Below, in pieces: positions 50,765 to 55,602 of a stretch of 55,602 bases of DNA (the stretch's first letter is position 1; every line of letters begins with the position of its first letter). The position numbers were made by a program, and so were the translations under genes. The DNA is from Cyanobacteria bacterium M_DeepCast_200m_mx_001 (lineage in GTDB: Bacteria; Cyanobacteriota; Cyanobacteriia; PCC-6307; Cyanobiaceae): positions 1 to 55,602 of the forward strand of contig VGQL01000001.1 in the NCBI GenBank assembly GCA_016882415.1, in the 5' to 3' direction. The notes under the pieces were generated by a model. The model had not been told where the DNA came from, searched no databases, and saw only the letters and a program-made list of their open reading frames with translations.

Positions 50765-51331
50765 TCAGTCGTCGCCCAGTTCACGCTCATCCAGCTCGGC
50801 TTCGATGCGGGGCTGCACCCGCTCGAACTCCTCACCCTCCACCAGCACCCCCTCGCCGTTGGCCATGCGGGCCACCACGAAGAAGGGATCCAGGGGGATG
50901 AACAGGCCGTATTCCTGCTCGTTGTGGCGGAACTGGATCAGCATTTCGTAGAGGTCGCTGTCCTCGTCGTCCTCCTCGTCGAGCTCCTCCTCCAGTTCCT
51001 CGGGGTCGGGTTCCTCCAGTTCACCGCTCACGGTGAGGGTCACGGCGGAGCGCACCAGGGTGAGGTCGTGCTCCTGCAGCACCACATCCGCCACCGAGAG
51101 GATGGCGCCGGCGCCGTCCAGCTCCTCGATCACCTCGTCCTCACCGTCCTCATCGGCGGCGATCTTCACCAGGCAGACGGGGGTGTCCACCGGCGTGAGC
51201 AGGGCGTAGTCGTGGCCGTCGAGGGGAATGAGCTGCTCCAGGAAGCACAGCAGCTGCCGTCCGGAGGCATCGCGCACCAACACGGTGGGCACATCCCCGG
51301 AGCCGTTGCTGCTGGGGGTGTCGGTGCTCAT
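50765..51331 (-). CDS. DUF3727-family acidic protein
   Basis: YALLTPVDTPV, DLTLVRSAVTLTVSG, PLDPFFVVA. Confidence 0.8.
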   Translation of the reverse strand: MSTDTPSSNGSGDVPTVLVRDASGRQLLCFLEQLIPLDGHDYALLTPVDTPVCLVKIAADEDGEDEVIEELDGAGAILSVADVVLQEHDLTLVRSAVTLTVSGELEEPDPEELEEELDEEDDEDSDLYEMLIQFRHNEQEYGLFIPLDPFFVVARMANGEGVLVEGEEFERVQPRIEAELDERELGDD

Positions 51332-51350
51332 GGGGCGGAAGCGGATGCCT

Positions 51351-51836
51351 TCAGGATGCCTGGGCGTCTGACCCCTGGCCAAGGGCGGGGGTCGCCGCGG
51401 CGACCGGCAGGGGTTCCGGGCCCTCCTGCAGCCACTGCTCCAGCAGCAGAGCCGCGGCGGCACTGTCGAGGGCGCCGCTGCGGTCGCCGTGGAGCCCATG
51501 GGCCTCGCCGGCGGCCCAACTGCTGCTGTGTTCGTTCACCAGGGCCAGGGGCAGCCCCAGGCTGCGGGCCAACCGTTCGCCGTAGCGGCGGCAGTGGTCC
51601 CCCTGCTCCGTGGGTTGCATGGCCTGATCCAGGGGCAGCCCCACCACCAGCGCCTGCACCCGCCGTTGCTGGGCCAGGGCCCGCAGCTGTTCGAGGTCGG
51701 CGGTGTAGCGCCCGCGCCGCAGGGCGGTGAGCGGGGTCACGGTGAGGCCCAGGGGGTCACAGCCCGCCAGCCCGATCCGCCGCCGCCCCACATCCAGGGC
51801 CAGCACCGACCGGGGGGCAGGCGGTCGGGCCGCCAC
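51351..51836 (-). CDS. ruvX: YqgF/RuvX RNase H-fold nuclease (pre-16S rRNA processing)
   Basis: ALDVGRRRIGLA, VVGLP, NEHSSS, DSAAAALLL. Confidence 0.92.
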   Translation of the reverse strand: MAARPPAPRSVLALDVGRRRIGLAGCDPLGLTVTPLTALRRGRYTADLEQLRALAQQRRVQALVVGLPLDQAMQPTEQGDHCRRYGERLARSLGLPLALVNEHSSSWAAGEAHGLHGDRSGALDSAAAALLLEQWLQEGPEPLPVAAATPALGQGSDAQAS

Positions 51837-52931
51837 TCAGCGCCCCAGGGGGGTGGGGATGGGCCGTTGCCGCGGCTGCAGTTGCCCCAGCACCGCCTCC
51901 AGCCGCTGCGCCATGGCCTGGGTCTGCTGGGGGGCGTGGCGGCGCCAGACGCTGCGGGCCATCAGCACCTCCTCCCCCTCGGGGGCCGTGCCGAGCTGCT
52001 GCAGCCAGGCGGCCCGCTGCGCATCGAGGCTGTCGGCCCGCACCAGCACCTGCTCGGCGCCGGCGCCGCAGTGCTCCAGCAACAGCTGCAGCGGCCCCCC
52101 CAGCAGGTGCGACCAGCCGGGGTGCAGGCTCAGCTCGATCTCCACCACGGGCCGTTGCCCCTGGCGCAAACGCCGGGCGCCGGCCACCGCCTGACGACGG
52201 TTGACGTCGATCAGCATCAGGCTGGGTTGGTCGCTCTGGTCGAGCAGGTCGTCGACGCTGCGGTCGAGCAGTTGGCGCAGCTGGGCGGGCAGCACCGCCT
52301 GCTCCAGCTGCCAGAGGTCACCGGCGTTGCGGCGGCTGAGGCGGCTGAGCTGCAGGTCGCTGGGCAGGCTGGCGGGGTCGAGCCGGGGGGCGTCGCTGGG
52401 GGGATCCCAGCGCCAGAGGGTTTCCCGGCGCAGGGGCTGAAAGCCCAGCTGGCGCAGGGCCGCCAGGCGCACGGTGTCGGCGCTGGCGCTGGTGGCGATC
52501 CAGCTGGCGGCGGCGCGGCTGCGCTGGATGGCGGCGCGCACCAGGGCCGCCTCAATCGCCATGCGGCCCGCCTCACCGGCCTGCAGGCAGGCGCCGCCGC
52601 TGCGCAGATGCTGCAGCTGCCAGCAGCTGCCGCTGCGGTTGAACCGTTCGCTCACCACCACCCCCAGGGGCTGCTGGGGGTCGCGGTGGGCCACCAACAC
52701 ATCCGGGGCCAGGGAGGGCCGTGGCGCCAGGCTGTGCAGCAGCCGTTCGGGCCCCTGCAGCAGCAGGGCCCGCTGCAGCAAAGGCAGCAGATCGTCGTAG
52801 TCGCCGTCCTGCAGCAGCGGCAGGTGCCAGGCCTTCAGGGGCTGCACGCAGAGCTGCCCGCCGGCCGGAAGGCTGGGTGTGGTCGGCGTGGATGGCACGG
52901 GAGGCACGGGCTGCCCAGAGCTGGCCTCCAC
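51837..52931 (-). CDS. Hypothetical protein, possibly tandem GNAT-like
   Basis: NRSGSCW, LRQLGFQPL, EVLMARSVWR; abuts ruvX. Confidence 0.65.
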   Translation of the reverse strand: MEASSGQPVPPVPSTPTTPSLPAGGQLCVQPLKAWHLPLLQDGDYDDLLPLLQRALLLQGPERLLHSLAPRPSLAPDVLVAHRDPQQPLGVVVSERFNRSGSCWQLQHLRSGGACLQAGEAGRMAIEAALVRAAIQRSRAAASWIATSASADTVRLAALRQLGFQPLRRETLWRWDPPSDAPRLDPASLPSDLQLSRLSRRNAGDLWQLEQAVLPAQLRQLLDRSVDDLLDQSDQPSLMLIDVNRRQAVAGARRLRQGQRPVVEIELSLHPGWSHLLGGPLQLLLEHCGAGAEQVLVRADSLDAQRAAWLQQLGTAPEGEEVLMARSVWRRHAPQQTQAMAQRLEAVLGQLQPRQRPIPTPLGR

Positions 52932-52952
52932 CCATGCTATGGGCGAATAGCC

Positions 52953-54131
52953 CTACGGGCGAACCAGCACCAGCGGGGTGCGCTCATTGGCATTGCCGGC
53001 GGGGTTGGGGCGCAGGGCCCGCATCAGCAGGGCCTCATCGCAACCGGGGCTGGAGGCCAGCACCTTGACGCGGCCCAGGTCGTTCACATCCACCACCGCC
53101 ACGGCCACCCCCAGCTCCGCCGCCAGCTGGCGGCACACCTGCTGGCTGTGGCTGGGGCCCAGCACGATCGTCTGGTCATAGGGGGGGGTGGTGCCGGTGA
53201 CGTCGTCGATCAGGCGTGCCTGCTCTCCGGCCAGCCGATAGAACCAGCCCTTCGAACCCACCAGCTTGAGGGCCGTGCCCACCAGCCAGGCGCACAGCAC
53301 CCGCGCCGGGCCGACGTTGTCGATCAGGGTCTGCAGGCCGCAGGCGGTGGCCAGGGAGCTGGTGGGGTGGAACACCCGGCACAGCAGCCGCGCCAGGCTG
53401 GAGGGCTCCAGGTTGGCGGGGTGGTTGTAGCGGCCCTGCATCACCGCCAGCGGCGTTTCGCCGATGGTGAGCACGTCGCCCGGTTGGAGGACGGCCCCGG
53501 CGTAGTGGCGCAGCACCTCCGCCGGATCGTCGAGGCTGCCCAGCAGGTGGGTGCGGATCGGCAGCACCTGGCAGCGGTCCCCCTGGCGCCAGCGGTCGCT
53601 CTGGGGCTGGGCGGGGGCCGGCCGGCGCAGGGGCACCAGCACGGCATCGCGCCGCTCCAGGCGGCCGAAGGGGCCGTAGTGCACCCAGCGGATCTGCAGC
53701 CAGAGGGTGTCCAGCAGGGTGCGCAGGTCGGTGCCGGCGGGGGCGCTGATCCGCACGCTCAGTTCGGCTGCGGTGCTCTTGCGCCCCTTCACGATGTAGG
53801 CAAACCAGTAGCCATCGGGCCGGGCCTGCTCATCGGGGTGCTGGGGGGTGATGGCGGTGGTCACCGTGAGGCCGCCCAGGTCGCCGCGGCCCAGCAGGGT
53901 GGGCTCCAGCTGCAGCTCCGGCACGAACACCTCCATGCGCGGATGGGGGTTGTGGATGCGGATGCGGCCCTTCACCACCACCAGCTGATCCGATTTCTGC
54001 TTCACCTTCCAGCCGTCGCTGCTGAGCTGCAGCGGCGAGGCGGGCCGCAGCCGGTGGCGCGCCTCCAGCCACAGCAACGCCAGGGCAAACACCAGGGCGG
54101 CGATGAGCAGAACGGCGATCAGGGGATGCAA
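52953..54131 (-). CDS. Membrane-anchored F420-0:gamma-glutamyl ligase (CofE)-like protein
   Basis: N-terminal TM; GDVLTIGETP, IDDVTG, VVDVNDLG, GNANERTPLVLVR. Confidence 0.78.
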   Translation of the reverse strand: MHPLIAVLLIAALVFALALLWLEARHRLRPASPLQLSSDGWKVKQKSDQLVVVKGRIRIHNPHPRMEVFVPELQLEPTLLGRGDLGGLTVTTAITPQHPDEQARPDGYWFAYIVKGRKSTAAELSVRISAPAGTDLRTLLDTLWLQIRWVHYGPFGRLERRDAVLVPLRRPAPAQPQSDRWRQGDRCQVLPIRTHLLGSLDDPAEVLRHYAGAVLQPGDVLTIGETPLAVMQGRYNHPANLEPSSLARLLCRVFHPTSSLATACGLQTLIDNVGPARVLCAWLVGTALKLVGSKGWFYRLAGEQARLIDDVTGTTPPYDQTIVLGPSHSQQVCRQLAAELGVAVAVVDVNDLGRVKVLASSPGCDEALLMRALRPNPAGNANERTPLVLVRP

Positions 54132-54217
54132 GGCCGGAGCGTTGAGTTCTGCGGGAGCGTAGGGCTTGCAGCCGGAGAAGCCTCCTAGCGTTTCGGCATC
54201 GCTACGGGAGGCCCTCC

Positions 54218-55602
54218 ATGCGCAAGACCTTCGTTCTCGACACGAATGTGCTCCTGCATGACCCCCAGGCCCTCACCCGTTTCGAAGACAACGCGGTGGT
54301 GATTCCCATCGAAGTGGTGGAGGAGATCGACCGCTTCAAGCGCGATCCTTCGGAGAAGGGCCGCAATGCCCGTCAGATTTCGCGGCTGCTGGATGGCCTG
54401 CGGGAGAAGGGCAACCTGGCGGATGGCGTGGCCATCGATGGCAATGGCGGCACGCTGCAGGTGGTGTTCTGCCGCAGTGAAACCCTGGCGCAGCTGCCGC
54501 CGGAGCTGAAGGGGGGCAACGGCGACAACAACATCCTGGCGGTGGCCCTGGAGCAGCTGCGCTCCGGCCTGATCGCCGACCAGCCGCCGGTGGTGCTGGT
54601 CACCAAGGACACCAACCTGCGCATCAAGGCCGATGCGGTGGGGCTGACGGCACAGGACTACACCACCGACAAGGTCGACATCGCCGACCTCTACCCCGGG
54701 GTGTGCGAGCTGAGTGCCAGCGCTACGGCGATGGAGACGCTCATGGCCGAGGGGGGGCTGGCCCTGGCGGAGCTGCCGGCGGCCCAGGGGGTGACCCTGC
54801 AGGCCAACGAGGGGGTGACCCTGGTGGATCAGGCCCAGCCCAGCCACACGCTGCTGGCCCGTTTCGATGGCCGCCGCCAGAGCCTGGTGCCGCTGCAGCG
54901 CGCCGGCAAGGTGCGCCTGGGCAAGGTGGGGGCCCGCAACCGGGAGCAGACCTTCGCCCTCGATCTGTTGCTGGATCCGGCGGTGCAGCTGCTCACGCTG
55001 GTGGGCAAGGCGGGCACCGGCAAAACCCTGCTGGCCCTGGCGGCGGGGCTGCACCAGGTGGCCGATGAACATCTCTACGAGCGCCTGCTGGTGACGCGGC
55101 CGGTGATTTCCCTGGGCAAGGAGATCGGTTTCCTGCCCGGCAGCCTCGAGGAAAAGATGGGCCCCTGGATGCAGCCGATCATCGACAACCTCGATTTCCT
55201 GCTCGGGGGCACCAGCGACGAGGAAGCCCCCCGCGCTGGCGGCAACCGTGGCGGTGGCAATCGGCCGCCCCGCAGCAACTGGACCGACCTCAAGGGCATG
55301 GGCCTGCTGGAGGTGGAGGCCATCAGCTACATCCGTGGCCGTTCGATTCCGCGGCAATACATGGTGGTGGACGAAGCCCAGAACCTCACCCCCCACGAGG
55401 TGAAGACGATCGTGACCCGCGTGGGTGAGGGCACCAAGATCGTGTTCACCGGCGATCCGTATCAGATCGACAACCCCTACGTGGATGCCGAAAGCAATGG
55501 CCTCACCTGGCTGGTGGAGCGCTTCAAGGGGCAGAGCCTGGCGGGCCATGTGACCCTGATCCGCGGCGAGCGCAGTGAGCTGGCGGAGCTGGCGGCCAAC
55601 CT
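54218..55602 (+). CDS. PIN-domain PhoH-family ATPase (PhoH2/YlaK-like; runs off right edge)
   Basis: Not in ORF track; MRKTFVLDTNVLLHD, VTKDTNLR, GKAGTGKT, RGRS, DEAQN, GDPYQID. Confidence 0.92.
   Translation, partial: MRKTFVLDTNVLLHDPQALTRFEDNAVVIPIEVVEEIDRFKRDPSEKGRNARQISRLLDGLREKGNLADGVAIDGNGGTLQVVFCRSETLAQLPPELKGGNGDNNILAVALEQLRSGLIADQPPVVLVTKDTNLRIKADAVGLTAQDYTTDKVDIADLYPGVCELSASATAMETLMAEGGLALAELPAAQGVTLQANEGVTLVDQAQPSHTLLARFDGRRQSLVPLQRAGKVRLGKVGARNREQTFALDLLLDPAVQLLTLVGKAGTGKTLLALAAGLHQVADEHLYERLLVTRPVISLGKEIGFLPGSLEEKMGPWMQPIIDNLDFLLGGTSDEEAPRAGGNRGGGNRPPRSNWTDLKGMGLLEVEAISYIRGRSIPRQYMVVDEAQNLTPHEVKTIVTRVGEGTKIVFTGDPYQIDNPYVDAESNGLTWLVERFKGQSLAGHVTLIRGERSELAELAAN

Noticed and set aside
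54185-55549. 454-aa minus-strand ORF
   Set aside because: Antisense shadow of the PIN-PhoH gene, which the track missed because it has no stop in the window

Overview
High-GC chromosomal segment from an alpha-picocyanobacterium (Cyanobium/Synechococcus-like). The assignment rests on psb30, acsF, ndhV-like, proteobacterial-type prk, class II fbaA and lpxD-leuB-proB. It is densely packed core genome with about 58 CDSs, from a truncated SigF-like sigma factor at the left edge to a truncated PIN-PhoH gene at the right edge. I saw no rRNA, tRNA, CRISPR array, transposase or prophage gene. Genes missing from the supplied ORF track were found by reading the sequence: the sigma factor, psb30 and PIN-PhoH. 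A 26-aa micro-ORF appears in the track only as the tail of a longer ORF. Most interesting signals: (1) a threonine-synthase-like PLP enzyme, a MoaD/ThiS sulfur carrier and a bicupin in series, with related Rrf2/IscR-like operator sequences, a candidate sulfur-carrier amino-acid pathway; (2) an RNase R paralogue lacking its catalytic aspartates, with a long leader; (3) a DEAD-box helicase whose conserved N-terminus has no canonical start codon and lies in frame behind a CTP-riboflavin-kinase-like gene; (4) a membrane-anchored CofE-like ligase; (5) a translationally coupled CbbY-Ycf20-glycerate kinase operon. All family calls are by motif recognition, not database search, and several start codons are best estimates.
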